Notes under the pieces: generated by a model | Database searches by the model: none | What the model saw: the letters and a program-made list of their open reading frames with translations, nothing else | Told to the model about the DNA's origin: nothing | Made by a program: the position numbers and the translations under genes | NCBI GenBank assembly: GCA_015066955.1 | Contig: SVNJ01000001.1 | Location: 1-54,724, forward strand | Source: Ruminococcus sp. | GTDB lineage: Bacteria > Bacillota > Clostridia > Oscillospirales > Ruminococcaceae | DNA length: 54,724 nt | Direction of reading: 5' to 3' | Part shown: in pieces, positions 1 to 9,961 of the stretch | Layout of the letters: each line of letters starts with the position of its first letter | How positions within the stretch are numbered: position 1 is the stretch's first letter

Positions 1-230
1 TATAGAAAAAAGTGATGGACATAGAATGCCAAAAGGAAGTATTAAAGACGAAAATGGAACAAGAAAATTAGTAGAAGATATGACACAAGAAGAAAAAAAT
101 GAAAAAAATTTATATGATAGATGGAAAAAATCTAAAGAAAGAAAGGAACTTGAAAAATATGAAGGAAAACCAATAGAAAAAGTACCAGAAGAGTATAAAG
201 AATTCATAAGTAAAATGAGAGAATATGGAT
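1..230 (+). other. Foreign AT-rich coding fragment (Lys/Glu-rich frame open from the left edge), joined to the GH42 gene on the opposite strand
   Basis: Strongly A-rich composition unlike the rest of the window. The frame IEKSDGHRMPKGSIK...PEEYKEFISKMREYG is open from nt 2, and composition switches abruptly at about 215-232. Confidence 0.7.
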
Positions 231-403
231 ATCACCTCATCAAGCCAGCTGAAATCGTATGTTCCCTCTGTCGGTTCGATTCTTGACCATGCAAATTCTG
301 CAAGTCGTACTGTTTTTACTCCTGTTTTTGCCATAAGCTCGGCATCCTTGCTCCACAAGGTTTTATCCCATTGCTCGGGATAGTAATCTACACCAATTTT
401 CAT
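215..403 (-). pseudogene. Truncated N-terminus of a GH42 beta-galactosidase
   Basis: MKIGVDYYPEQW...VRLAEFAWSRIEPTEGTYDFSWLD is the typical GH42 N-terminus, with an AGGAG RBS. After about 62 aa the frame runs into unrelated low-complexity sequence; GH42 enzymes are normally over 600 aa. Confidence 0.8.
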
Positions 404-413
404 ATCTGAACTC

Positions 414-956
414 CTATTTTATTTTATATTCACGAAGCTCACAGTTTCCCATAAACCAGTTACTGTACTCCGCTGTTGTCATGTTATTAAAATATGTCTC
501 TATTACACGGCAGATTCCTCCGTGACTTACAAGAAGCACATTTTTATCACGGTACTTTTCAATTACTTCATCAAGTACCGAATATACTCTGTGTGAAAGC
601 TGAAGAAGCGATTCTCCGCATTCTCCCATTTTCACCCCGAACTGCCTTTTGTTTTCAGCAAAGCCATCTGCGTCCCTGAACATTCCTTCGTATTTTCCAT
701 AGTCCCACTCCCTTAGACGACTGTCGGCAGTAATCGGAATATTGTTCAGCTGTGCAACTGTTTCGGCAGTTTTCAACGCCCTTTTCATAGGCGATGCAAT
801 TATTATATCAATGCTTAAATTATCATTACGGATTCTTTCAGCAAGCTCCTGTGCCTGTCTGAGTCCTATTTCGTTGAGAGGGATATCGGTTGTACCAAGT
901 ATTCGCTCATTGAAATTGTAGTCTGTCTGTCCGTGACGTGTTGAATATATTATCAA
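414..956 (-). CDS. Histidine phosphatase (phosphoglycerate mutase-like) family protein
   Basis: RHGQT motif, LREWDYGKYEG and VSHGG motifs. Confidence 0.9.
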   Translation of the reverse strand: MIIYSTRHGQTDYNFNERILGTTDIPLNEIGLRQAQELAERIRNDNLSIDIIIASPMKRALKTAETVAQLNNIPITADSRLREWDYGKYEGMFRDADGFAENKRQFGVKMGECGESLLQLSHRVYSVLDEVIEKYRDKNVLLVSHGGICRVIETYFNNMTTAEYSNWFMGNCELREYKIK

Positions 957-992
957 TTTATCGGTTCCTCCGTGCTTAGTACAAATTCACAT

Positions 993-2654
993 CTATATTC
1001 GTGAAGCCTTTTCAAGTTCTTCAACTGCCGTATCAAGCATCAGTCTGCTTGGATTTTCACCGCCCATTATACGTGCAATCTCGGAAACTCTGCCGTCAAA
1101 ATCAAGCTGTGTTACGTGAGTTTCGGTACGCTCGTCTATAACCTTTTTCTCAATCATAAGGTGGTTGTCAGCCATTACAGCAATCTGCGAAAGATGTGTT
1201 ACGCAGATAACCTGACGCACCTTTCCGATTTCACGAAGCTTTATTCCTATCTTCTGAGCCGCCTTACCGCTTACACCTGTATCGATTTCATCAAAAATCA
1301 TGGTGGGGATGCTGTCCTTGTCGGCAATTACACTTTTAAGTGCAAGCATAATTCTCGAAAGCTCACCGCCTGATGCAATTTTTGATATGGGCTTCGGCTC
1401 TTCACCTTTATTTGCAGATATGAGGAACTCTGCTGTGTCCATACCATTGAGTGTGAGCTTGCCCTTTTCGTGACGTACTGCTATTACCACATTGGGCATA
1501 TTAAGAAATTCAAGCTCCTTTGTTACTCTTTCCGAAAAGCTTTTCGCAAGCTCCTCACGATAGTCAAACAATGCCTTTGCATGAGCAGTAACGGTATGAA
1601 GAAGCTCATTCTTCCGCTCGCTCAGCTTTGCAATTTCATCGGCTGAGCTGTCAAGCTTCGAAAGCTCGGCAAGTGAATCAGTGTAAAGCTTACAAAGCTC
1701 ATTGCAGTCACACATATACTTGCGTTTCAGTCGGTTGATTTCACTGAGTCGGTCACTCATAAGCTCAAGCTTTCCGCTGTCAAGCTCAACTCTGTCGGCA
1801 ACTGCGGCAAGCTCTGAGGATATGTCCGAAAGCTCAATTTCAGCCGCACACAGTCTTTCATATAATGCGTTGAGCTTTTCGTTATTATCCGTGTAGCCGC
1901 TGATTGTGCTTTCGGCAGATGTAAGCATTTCTATCACTGCTTCTTCGCCGCTTATCAGCTGTACCGCACTGTTCAGCGCACGTATAGTACGCTCGGCATT
2001 CTTTGCGGTTTCGTAGTCTTTTTCAAGCTGCTCGTCCTCGTTTTCTTCAAGTTCAAGTGCACCTATATCCTCAATAACTTCATTGAGGTAGCGGCTTCTT
2101 TCGGCTCTCGACTGCTCAAGCTTTTTAAGCTCGCCAAGCTTCCTTGCTGTCTGCTGAAGCTCCCTGAAGCTTTCTCGGTACTGCTCAAGCAAAGTGTTAT
2201 CACCGCCGAAATTGTCAAGTATATGCAGGTGCTTTTCGCTGTCAAGGAGTACCTGATTATCGTGCTGTCCGTGAATATTTATAAGCATCGCACCTATCTC
2301 TTTGAGAAGTGACGCTGATGCGGTACGGCTGTTGATACGTGCCACACTTCCGCCGTCTGCGCTTATTTCACGGGTAATGGTAATTTCATCGCCATCGTGT
2401 GCTACTCCAAGTTCATCCAGCTTAGACTTCACATCTTCCGAAAGGTCAGTAAAAAGTGCCGTAATTACCGCTTTATCACAGCCTGTACGTACTATATCCT
2501 TAGTGCATCTTTGTCCGAGTACGGCATTTATTCCGTTTATTAGTATTGATTTTCCCGCACCTGTTTCACCGGTAAATATATTCAGGCTGTTATTCAGTGG
2601 AATAACAGCTTCCTTTATTACAGCAAGATTTTTTATGTATATTTCCCTGAGCAT
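993..2654 (-). CDS. recN: DNA repair protein RecN
   Basis: Walker A GETGAGKS, IHGQHD, signature ASGGELSR, FDEIDTGVSG; follows argR. Confidence 0.97.
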   Translation of the reverse strand: MLREIYIKNLAVIKEAVIPLNNSLNIFTGETGAGKSILINGINAVLGQRCTKDIVRTGCDKAVITALFTDLSEDVKSKLDELGVAHDGDEITITREISADGGSVARINSRTASASLLKEIGAMLINIHGQHDNQVLLDSEKHLHILDNFGGDNTLLEQYRESFRELQQTARKLGELKKLEQSRAERSRYLNEVIEDIGALELEENEDEQLEKDYETAKNAERTIRALNSAVQLISGEEAVIEMLTSAESTISGYTDNNEKLNALYERLCAAEIELSDISSELAAVADRVELDSGKLELMSDRLSEINRLKRKYMCDCNELCKLYTDSLAELSKLDSSADEIAKLSERKNELLHTVTAHAKALFDYREELAKSFSERVTKELEFLNMPNVVIAVRHEKGKLTLNGMDTAEFLISANKGEEPKPISKIASGGELSRIMLALKSVIADKDSIPTMIFDEIDTGVSGKAAQKIGIKLREIGKVRQVICVTHLSQIAVMADNHLMIEKKVIDERTETHVTQLDFDGRVSEIARIMGGENPSRLMLDTAVEELEKASRI

Positions 2655-2666
2655 CTTTTACCTCGT

Positions 2667-3110
2667 TTATTTTCCAGGAAAAAGCTCACTTCTGAACTTT
2701 TTCGAAAGCTTTTTTGCATCTGCTTCGGTTCTTACAAGTATGAATATTGTGTCATCACCGGCAATTGTACCCACAACTCCCGGATGTGTAACTGCATCAA
2801 TTGCCGCACACGTACCCTGTGCCATTCCTGCCCTGCATTTCAGTACTATAGTGTTGAGGGCATAGTCCACAGACAGCACGGCTTCGGCAAAAAAGCTCTT
2901 CTCCGCAATTCCTGCGGCAGTCTGCATATAACGGTATATTCCGTTTTCGTCCTTAGCCTTTACAAGCGAAAGCTGCTGTATATCTCTTGAAAGTGTTGCC
3001 TGTGTTGCTTTTATATCACGCTCTTCAAGTAGCTTTATAAGATGCTCCTGAGTTGAAACAGGAGTCTCCGAAATTATTTCAAGTATTGCTTCAAGTCTGC
3101 GGTTTTTCAT
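2667..3110 (-). CDS. argR: Arginine repressor
   Basis: TQATLSRDI helix-turn-helix and GTIAGDDT motif; ATG at 3110 follows a GAGGTG RBS. Confidence 0.96.
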   Translation of the reverse strand: MKNRRLEAILEIISETPVSTQEHLIKLLEERDIKATQATLSRDIQQLSLVKAKDENGIYRYMQTAAGIAEKSFFAEAVLSVDYALNTIVLKCRAGMAQGTCAAIDAVTHPGVVGTIAGDDTIFILVRTEADAKKLSKKFRSELFPGK

Positions 3111-3120
3111 CTGTTTCACC

Positions 3121-3978
3121 TCATTTTATCGGTTTCATCATTTTTTTGCAAAGAGAATCATGGAATGAATTTCCTATAAGGTCAATGAATTTTATCTTAT
3201 GCCTTCCTCTGCATATTTCTATGGACTGCCCTTCCGTTAAATCGGCATAATAATCGCCGTCAATCGTTATATTCATCGGACGCATTACGTCAGAGGTCGT
3301 ATCCTTTATCAGAAGCCTTCTTTCAGCAGAAAAAAGTGTTGTTCTTGAAAAAAGCGAATGAGGACATATAAGCGTCATTTCTATACATTCAAGATCAGGC
3401 TCGATAATAGGTCCCCCCGCCGAAAGTGCATAGGCTGTTGAACCTGAGGGGGAGCTGAAAAGTGCACCGTCTGCCCTGTATCTGCCGATGAGATAACCGT
3501 CGGAGTAAACCTCAAAATCACAGATTCTCGAATTTACAGACTTCACACACACATCATTGAGTGCGGTAATTCTGCGGGTAGCTTCGCCTTCTCCGATTAC
3601 TACATCAAGTGTCATACGCTCAGAAATGTTGTATTCCCCTGTTTTCAGGCGTTTCAGCTTATCAAGCTGGTCTGCTTCAAGTCCTGCCATGAAACCCAAT
3701 GTACCTGTATTTATTCCGAGAAGCTTTGTGTCAGTACCCATAAGATGCTTTGCACAGCGAAGTATTGTACCATCGCCGCCGATAGCTATAACCACATCAG
3801 CTGTCTTTACAGATTCTGCTATAGATTCATAGTTCACTGCAGCTTTATCGGAAAACTCTCGTCGGTATTTTTCGCTTACGCATACTTCTATTCCCTCCTG
3901 TGCAAGTACATCGCATACCTCTCTTGCACAGCCGAGTGCATTTACCTTCTGAAAATTAGGGTACAGAACTGCTTTCAT
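3121..3978 (-). CDS. nadK: NAD(+)/NADH kinase
   Basis: GGDGTIL, GINTGTLGF and GSTAYALSAGG motifs; tlyA-nadK-argR-recN synteny. Confidence 0.95.
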   Translation of the reverse strand: MKAVLYPNFQKVNALGCAREVCDVLAQEGIEVCVSEKYRREFSDKAAVNYESIAESVKTADVVIAIGGDGTILRCAKHLMGTDTKLLGINTGTLGFMAGLEADQLDKLKRLKTGEYNISERMTLDVVIGEGEATRRITALNDVCVKSVNSRICDFEVYSDGYLIGRYRADGALFSSPSGSTAYALSAGGPIIEPDLECIEMTLICPHSLFSRTTLFSAERRLLIKDTTSDVMRPMNITIDGDYYADLTEGQSIEICRGRHKIKFIDLIGNSFHDSLCKKMMKPIK

Positions 3979-3990
3979 TTTTATACTCCT

Positions 3991-4776
3991 TTAAAGTTGT
4001 CTGAACGCTTCTTCGGCAAGACTTCTGAAATCATGAATAACAGGCGGTCTGCGGTCCTTTACAAGCTTTACAAGATATTCTATATTTCCGCTTCCGCCCT
4101 TTATTGGGGAATATGTGTACTTTTCCGTAAAAAAGCCTGTTGATAAAGCAAAGCTGTCAATATCCCTCAGTACCTGTTCATGTACCTTCTTATCCTTGAC
4201 AATTCCGTTTTTACCGATATTTGAGCGTCCTGCCTCAAACTGTGGCTTTATAAGCACTGCCGCACACGCACCTTCTTTAAGCAGCTCGTACATCTTCGGC
4301 AGAATCATTTTTAGCGATATAAACGAAACATCGGCACAGATAAAGTCAACCTCTCCTCCGAGAAATTCTGTTGTAAGAGTTCGTACATCAGTACCTTCAG
4401 CATTTACCACACGGCTGTCCTCACGCAGTGACTGGACAAGCTGTCCGTGTCCCACATCTACAGCAAAAACCCTTGCCGCACCGTTTTGAAGCATATAATC
4501 GGTAAAGCCGCCTGTAGACGCACCAATATCAAGACATATCGTTCCCGTAAAATCAAGACAAAATTCCTTTGCCGCCTTTTCAAGCTTAAGTGCACCTCGT
4601 CCAACATAAAGCTCGTTTTCCGCTGATACGATTTCGTCCTCATCAAGCACATCATAGGCTGGTTTAGTTACTACTTTTCCGTTAACGGTTACATTCCCGT
4701 TTTTTATCATTTCCTTTGCACGCTCTCGGCTTCGTGAAATTCCTCTTGCTACAAGCTCGCTGTCAAGCCTTGCCAT
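3991..4776 (-). CDS. tlyA: TlyA-family rRNA 2'-O-methyltransferase
   Basis: N-terminal S4-like domain, DIGASTGGFTD, DVSFIS and LIKPQFE motifs. Confidence 0.95.
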   Translation of the reverse strand: MARLDSELVARGISRSRERAKEMIKNGNVTVNGKVVTKPAYDVLDEDEIVSAENELYVGRGALKLEKAAKEFCLDFTGTICLDIGASTGGFTDYMLQNGAARVFAVDVGHGQLVQSLREDSRVVNAEGTDVRTLTTEFLGGEVDFICADVSFISLKMILPKMYELLKEGACAAVLIKPQFEAGRSNIGKNGIVKDKKVHEQVLRDIDSFALSTGFFTEKYTYSPIKGGSGNIEYLVKLVKDRRPPVIHDFRSLAEEAFRQL

Positions 4777-6685
4777 TTATCATGCTCCTTCTGCGTACAA
4801 ACTCAGCTATGGTTTCACAGGTCATTCCAAGCTTTGTAAGACTTGATTTAACAGTTGCCTGCTTTACAAAGTCATCAGCTGTAACGGTACTGTATAAACC
4901 GCTGTATGCACTTTCCGCAAGTATATTTCCGATTTTTTCGGAAATAGAACCGCTGCCCATACTCTCTTCAATGAACACAATATGCTTATAACCGATTATC
5001 TTATCAATAATTTCATCAGAAAGCGGATAGATTTTCGTAAGCTTAAGCAAATCACAGCTGATTCCGTCACCGTTAAGGATTGACTGCGCCTTGTATACTT
5101 CATTGTAGATGCGTCCATAAGATATTATAAGCGTGTCACCCTGATTATTATTGTTAAGGGTGTACTCCGTATTCAGATTGGATTTGTCAAATACGGAATC
5201 GTCCGTGCCTCTGGGGTATCTTACAGCCGCTATGCATTTATCGGTGTATATCGCCTTATTCATGCACATTTTCAGTTCCTCGTAGCATGAGGGAGAATAT
5301 ATAGTAGTGTTGGGTATTGAAGCAAGCATAGGCACATCAAGAAGTCCCTGATGAGTTTCTCCGTCCTCGCCAACAATTCCCGCACGGTCAATTCCAAGCA
5401 CAATATGAAGCTTTCCTATTGCAACATCATGTATAAGCTGGTCATAAGCACGCTGTAAAAATGTCGAATATACTGCAAATACGGGAATCTGTCCCATTGA
5501 AGCAAGTCCGCCTGCAAAGGTTACTGCATGCTGCTCCGCTATTCCGACGTCGTAAAAACGCTGTGGATGCTTTGCTGAGAAAAACTGCAGTCCTGTGCCG
5601 TACTTCATTGCCGCTGTAATTGCACATATACGCTTATCCTTATCTGCAAGCTCGGTAAGCTCCTTGCCGAAAACTGTTGAATAGCACTCATCAACCGAAA
5701 CCTCAGGATTTCCCGAAACTACGTCAAATTTTGAGATACCATGATATTCTCCGGGATTCTTTTCAGCCGGAATATAGCCCTTTCCTTTTACTGTTTTAAC
5801 ATGAATCAGTACAGGGCGGTGATAGCTCTTTGCAGTACGCAGAACCTCGTCAAGCTCAGCTATATTATGACCGTTTACAGGTCCGAGATATACAAATCCC
5901 ATATCCTCAAAAAGCGTGCTCTGCTCCAGAATTTTCGACTTGAATGAATCCTTTGCGTTCTTGATTCCTCTTGCCACAGGTGCTCCGACTACCGGAATAT
6001 TAAGCAGAGTTTTTTCAACAGCCCTCTTGGTGTTAAGGTAATTCTCGGTATTTCTCAGTGACGTAAGATAGCGTGAAAGTGCACCTACACTCTTTGAAAT
6101 TGACATATTGTTATCGTTGAGAATTACAATGAGGTTATTGTTCTTTTCACGTCCGCCGTTATTCATGGACTCATAGAACATTCCGCCTGTCATTGCGCCG
6201 TCACCTATTACGGCAACAGCATAATTCTTTTTGCCCTGCATTCTCATTGCCTCAGCCATACCTATTGCAACTGATACAGAAGTACTGCTGTGGCCGCTTA
6301 TGAATGAGTCGTGCTCCGACTCCTCAGGCTTGGGGAATCCTGAAAGACCGTCCTCCTGACGAAGTGTGGAAAACCTGTCAGCACGTCCTGTAAGGATTTT
6401 ATGTGTATAGGTCTGGTGACCTACGTCCCATACTATTTTATCATTCGGCGAATCAAAATTACGGTGAATAGCCATTGTTAGCTCTACTACGCCGAGATTG
6501 GACGCTAAATGTCCGCCTGTTTTCGAAACCGTTGAAATCAGCATTGTTCGGATTTCACTGCACAGGGAATTGCACTGTTTTAAAGACAGCTTTTTCAGAT
6601 CCTGCGGCAGATTAAGTCCGCTGATTACCGGTTTTTCGGTTACTGTTATTTTTTCCTTCATTTTATATAAAGCGTCGGAATACAT
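4763..6685 (-). CDS. dxs: 1-deoxy-D-xylulose-5-phosphate synthase
   Basis: GGHLASNLG, WDVGHQ, GDGAMTGG TPP motif, DVGIAEQHA, DGETHQG; ATG at 6685 follows AAAGGAG. Confidence 0.96.
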   Translation of the reverse strand: MYSDALYKMKEKITVTEKPVISGLNLPQDLKKLSLKQCNSLCSEIRTMLISTVSKTGGHLASNLGVVELTMAIHRNFDSPNDKIVWDVGHQTYTHKILTGRADRFSTLRQEDGLSGFPKPEESEHDSFISGHSSTSVSVAIGMAEAMRMQGKKNYAVAVIGDGAMTGGMFYESMNNGGREKNNNLIVILNDNNMSISKSVGALSRYLTSLRNTENYLNTKRAVEKTLLNIPVVGAPVARGIKNAKDSFKSKILEQSTLFEDMGFVYLGPVNGHNIAELDEVLRTAKSYHRPVLIHVKTVKGKGYIPAEKNPGEYHGISKFDVVSGNPEVSVDECYSTVFGKELTELADKDKRICAITAAMKYGTGLQFFSAKHPQRFYDVGIAEQHAVTFAGGLASMGQIPVFAVYSTFLQRAYDQLIHDVAIGKLHIVLGIDRAGIVGEDGETHQGLLDVPMLASIPNTTIYSPSCYEELKMCMNKAIYTDKCIAAVRYPRGTDDSVFDKSNLNTEYTLNNNNQGDTLIISYGRIYNEVYKAQSILNGDGISCDLLKLTKIYPLSDEIIDKIIGYKHIVFIEESMGSGSISEKIGNILAESAYSGLYSTVTADDFVKQATVKSSLTKLGMTCETIAEFVRRRSMINGKA

Positions 6686-6704
6686 CCGCCGCACTCCTTT
6701 GATA

Positions 6705-7598
6705 CTATTTTGTACGCTTCAGAAGCATTTCTGTAAGCTCAACAAGAAAATCATTATTATCAAAATTTTCAAGAAGCTTCATCGCCTCGTCTGTTATTTC
6801 CGCCGCTATTTTCTGTGCCTTTTCCACACCGAAAAGTGTTACAAAGGTAGTCTTGTTTTCCTCTGCGTCACTTCCGATTGGCTTTCCAAGCTCCTCTGCT
6901 GTACTTGTTACGTCAAGAATATCGTCAATTATCTGAAAAGCAAGACCAAGTCTGAAAGCATACTCCGATGCAGCTTCAATAAGCTTTTTGTCTGCACCTG
7001 CACAGATACAGCCCATTACACACGATACTGCAATAAGCTGGCCTGTCTTATTTCTGTACATATTTCTCAGATTAGCTTCATCTACGTCGCTTCTCTGCTC
7101 ATTTTCAATGTCAATAATCTGTCCGCCTATCATACCTTCTCTGCCCGATGCCTTTGCAAGGCAGGAAATAATTTTCACCTTCCGGCTGTCGGAAAGCTGT
7201 GTATCTTCGGAAATAATTTCAAAAGGCAGAAATGAAAGTGCGTCACCTGCAAGTACAGCACAAGCCTCTCCGAAAGCCTTATGACATGACGGTTTTCCCC
7301 TTCTGAAATCGTCGTCGTCCATTGACGGAAGGTCATCATGAATAAGGGAAAAGGTATGTATCATTTCAATTGCACAGGCAGGTGCAGCGGCAATGCGGTA
7401 GTCCGCTCCGAGTGCCTCGCAGAATGCATAAACAAGAACGGGTCTTATACGCTTTCCACCTGCTTCAAGGGAATAATTCATTGCGTCTATCAGACTTTTC
7501 TGCGGTGCATTTTCTTTCGTATAATTATTGTATTTCTTAAGATTTGCTTCCGTAAATTCTATATATTCCGCAAGCTTCTCGTTAAAATTCAGGCTCAT
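6705..7598 (-). CDS. ispA: Polyprenyl (farnesyl) diphosphate synthase
   Basis: GGKRIRP, first aspartate-rich motif HDDLPSMDDDDFRRG and second motif FQIIDDILD. Confidence 0.95.
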   Translation of the reverse strand: MSLNFNEKLAEYIEFTEANLKKYNNYTKENAPQKSLIDAMNYSLEAGGKRIRPVLVYAFCEALGADYRIAAAPACAIEMIHTFSLIHDDLPSMDDDDFRRGKPSCHKAFGEACAVLAGDALSFLPFEIISEDTQLSDSRKVKIISCLAKASGREGMIGGQIIDIENEQRSDVDEANLRNMYRNKTGQLIAVSCVMGCICAGADKKLIEAASEYAFRLGLAFQIIDDILDVTSTAEELGKPIGSDAEENKTTFVTLFGVEKAQKIAAEITDEAMKLLENFDNNDFLVELTEMLLKRTK

Positions 7599-7601
7599 GG
7601 C

Positions 7602-7808
7602 TCACTCCTCCGCTGATACAGTTGTACCGCTGTCCTCTGTAATTTTTATCTCAGCCTCCGAAAGCTGTTTCTTGCACTGTGCTGAAAGCTTTATACCCTT
7701 GCCGTACAGCTCAACAGCCTTTTCAAGAGGAATTTCTCCCTTTTCAAGCTCAAGTACAATCTTACCGAGCTGAATCATATTTTCCTCAAATGTAAGTTTT
7801 TCTTCCAT
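7602..7808 (-). CDS. xseB: Exodeoxyribonuclease VII small subunit
   Basis: TFEE...LEKGEIPLEKAVELY pattern; lies between xseA and ispA. Confidence 0.93.
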   Translation of the reverse strand: MEEKLTFEENMIQLGKIVLELEKGEIPLEKAVELYGKGIKLSAQCKKQLSEAEIKITEDSGTTVSAEE

Positions 7809-7820
7809 AGTATCACCGAT

Positions 7821-9008
7821 TTATTTATTGATTATCTCAGCCTCAGCCTCACCGCTGCCGAAGCGTATCTTAATTATATCACCGTTTTTCAGCTTATCTG
7901 CGTCGTTTATAAGACTCTCACCCTTATATACAAGTGAATAGCCTCTCGATAATACCTTAACGGGACTAAGACTGTCAAGTCTTATCAGCTTTTCATTAAG
8001 CTGTGAATCAAGCCTTGATATATACCTCTTTATCGCAAGCTCGCTGCGTTTTTCCAGTCCTTCAAGACGCTCCTTATTCAGTCTCAGCCTGTTTTCGGGA
8101 GAGTATGCAGAAAGACGTGTGTAAAGCTGCATATATCTGTCCGACGCTTTATCTAAAAGCATATTTGCCGCAGTCTTGATCCTGCGCTCAAGTATGTTTA
8201 TTTTCTCTGTCAGCTGTTCCATTGAAGGTGCCGCAAGCTCTGCCGCAGCCGAAGGTGTTGGTGCTCTCATGTCAGCCGCAAGGTCGGCAATTGTTGTGTC
8301 AGTTTCATGTCCGACTGCTGAGATTACAGGCACTTTGCAGTTATATATAGCATAGGCTACCTTTTCGGTATTGAAAGCACGCAAATCCTCAGATGAACCG
8401 CCGCCTCTGCCTACGATAATTACATCACACCCTGCTTGTTCAGCTTTTAGAATACCTCTGCAAATCGAATCAGGAGCTGTTTCACCCTGTACAAGTGCGT
8501 TTACAACGTAAAGTCCGCCGATAGGATACCTTCTTGTAAGTACGTTGATTATGTCGCGTACCGCCGCACCGCTGAGTGACGTTACGGCACCGATTTTCTT
8601 CGGCATTACAGGCAAGGGGCGCTTATGAGCGGTATCAAAGATGCCTTCTTTTGCAAGCTTCTGTTTAAGCTGTTCAAGTGCAAGGCTTGCCGCACCAAGT
8701 CCGTCAGGCTGAATATCATTCACATAAAGCTGATACACACCCTCACGCTCAAATACTGCTATACTTCCCGATACTATCACAGCCATGCCATCCTCAGGAC
8801 GGAATTTAAGACGTGAAGCCGCAGAAGCAAACATTACAGCTCTTATTGAGCTTTCTTTATCCTTCAGCGTAAAATATAGATGTCCGCTGCGATAATGGTC
8901 GGTAAAGTTCGATATTTCGCCCTTTACCATTATTCCCTGAATATTCTTGTCGTCCTTTATTCGAAAGCTCAGGTATTTGTTTATTTGTGTTACTGTTAAA
9001 ACAGGCAT
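7821..9008 (-). CDS. xseA: Exodeoxyribonuclease VII large subunit
   Basis: GEISNF...SGHLYFTLKD OB fold, GRGGGS, SAVGHETD, RAPTPSAAAE. Confidence 0.96.
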   Translation of the reverse strand: MPVLTVTQINKYLSFRIKDDKNIQGIMVKGEISNFTDHYRSGHLYFTLKDKESSIRAVMFASAASRLKFRPEDGMAVIVSGSIAVFEREGVYQLYVNDIQPDGLGAASLALEQLKQKLAKEGIFDTAHKRPLPVMPKKIGAVTSLSGAAVRDIINVLTRRYPIGGLYVVNALVQGETAPDSICRGILKAEQAGCDVIIVGRGGGSSEDLRAFNTEKVAYAIYNCKVPVISAVGHETDTTIADLAADMRAPTPSAAAELAAPSMEQLTEKINILERRIKTAANMLLDKASDRYMQLYTRLSAYSPENRLRLNKERLEGLEKRSELAIKRYISRLDSQLNEKLIRLDSLSPVKVLSRGYSLVYKGESLINDADKLKNGDIIKIRFGSGEAEAEIINK

Positions 9009-9961
9009 TATTTTTCTCCTGTTGTTTTAGATTTCAAAAATCCGTATAGTGCAACGCCTGCCGCATTGTCACACGAAAATTCCGGTGCGGCAAAGTGCGC
9101 TTCGGGAAATACGGAAATAATTCTGTCACGTATAATCTTATCGGACATTACTCCTCCTGCAAAAATCAGCGGAAGCGGTCCGTGTTTTTCAATTGCCGCT
9201 TTTGTCATGGCAATGATCGTTTCTGATAAAAATTCAAGGCAGTAGCCTGCTATATTTTCAGGCTTTTCTCCGTCTGCAAGCATTTTTTCGCATTTATTCT
9301 CCAGACCGGACAAACAGCAGTCAGTGCCCTTCATTACAGGCTTTACCTTATGCTTTACAGTACTTCCTTCCGCAAGCTTTTCAAGTTCAATACCGCAAGG
9401 GAATTTCAGTCCAAGCATAAGTCCTGTGCGGTCAACAGCCTGTCCCGCCTTCAAATCAAGTGATGTTCCGATTTGAGTAATTTTCACAAGCTCTTCTTCG
9501 TCAGGCTCACATAAAAGGCAGTCAGTAGTGCCGCCGCTTACATGAAATGCGATAAACCGCTCATTCACAAGGTCAAGTCTTTCTGCGGAATAAAGTGCCG
9601 CAAGTATATGTCCCACCTGATGAGATGTAAACATTGCAGGAATCCCGTTTACTGCCGCCAAAGAACGTGCATAGCCCTCTCCGCACAAAAAACAGGGCAT
9701 ATATGAGCCTTCGGTATTTCTCGGTCTCACTGATGCCGTAACAAGTGACGGCTGATTAAAGCTGTGTGAAGAATACAGCTGCTCGATTATTTCGGGAAGC
9801 TGCTTGGTATGGTGAAATACCGCATCACTCTGACGCAGACCGAGTGCTCCGTCCTTTACGGGAAGAAGCTTCTTTGACTGATATATTTTCCCCTCCTCGC
9901 TGACATAGACAGCGGCAGAGGTTGTATAATTACTTGTGTCTATACCGAGATACTCAGGCAT
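9008..9961 (-). CDS. TsaD/Kae1 (peptidase M22)-like protein
   Basis: LGIDTSNYTTS, HQVGH metal motif, VSGGTT, AGGV and CDNAAG motifs; start at MPEYL overlapping the nusB stop. Confidence 0.8.
   Translation of the reverse strand: MPEYLGIDTSNYTTSAAVYVSEEGKIYQSKKLLPVKDGALGLRQSDAVFHHTKQLPEIIEQLYSSHSFNQPSLVTASVRPRNTEGSYMPCFLCGEGYARSLAAVNGIPAMFTSHQVGHILAALYSAERLDLVNERFIAFHVSGGTTDCLLCEPDEEELVKITQIGTSLDLKAGQAVDRTGLMLGLKFPCGIELEKLAEGSTVKHKVKPVMKGTDCCLSGLENKCEKMLADGEKPENIAGYCLEFLSETIIAMTKAAIEKHGPLPLIFAGGVMSDKIIRDRIISVFPEAHFAAPEFSCDNAAGVALYGFLKSKTTGEK

Noticed and set aside
26-286. 86-aa plus-strand ORF as a real complete gene
   Set aside because: The frame is open from the window edge and its last residues are the antisense of GH42; it is a product of the junction.
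6686-6704. OLE RNA and oapA, which in many Firmicutes lie between ispA and dxs in this operon
   Set aside because: Only about 19 nt separate ispA from the dxs start, so there is no room for the ~600-nt RNA or oapA.
6498-7235. Long antisense ORFs (for example 6498-7235, 12451-13065, 26223-26933)
   Set aside because: They are shadows of well-supported genes on the opposite strand and show no recognisable motifs.
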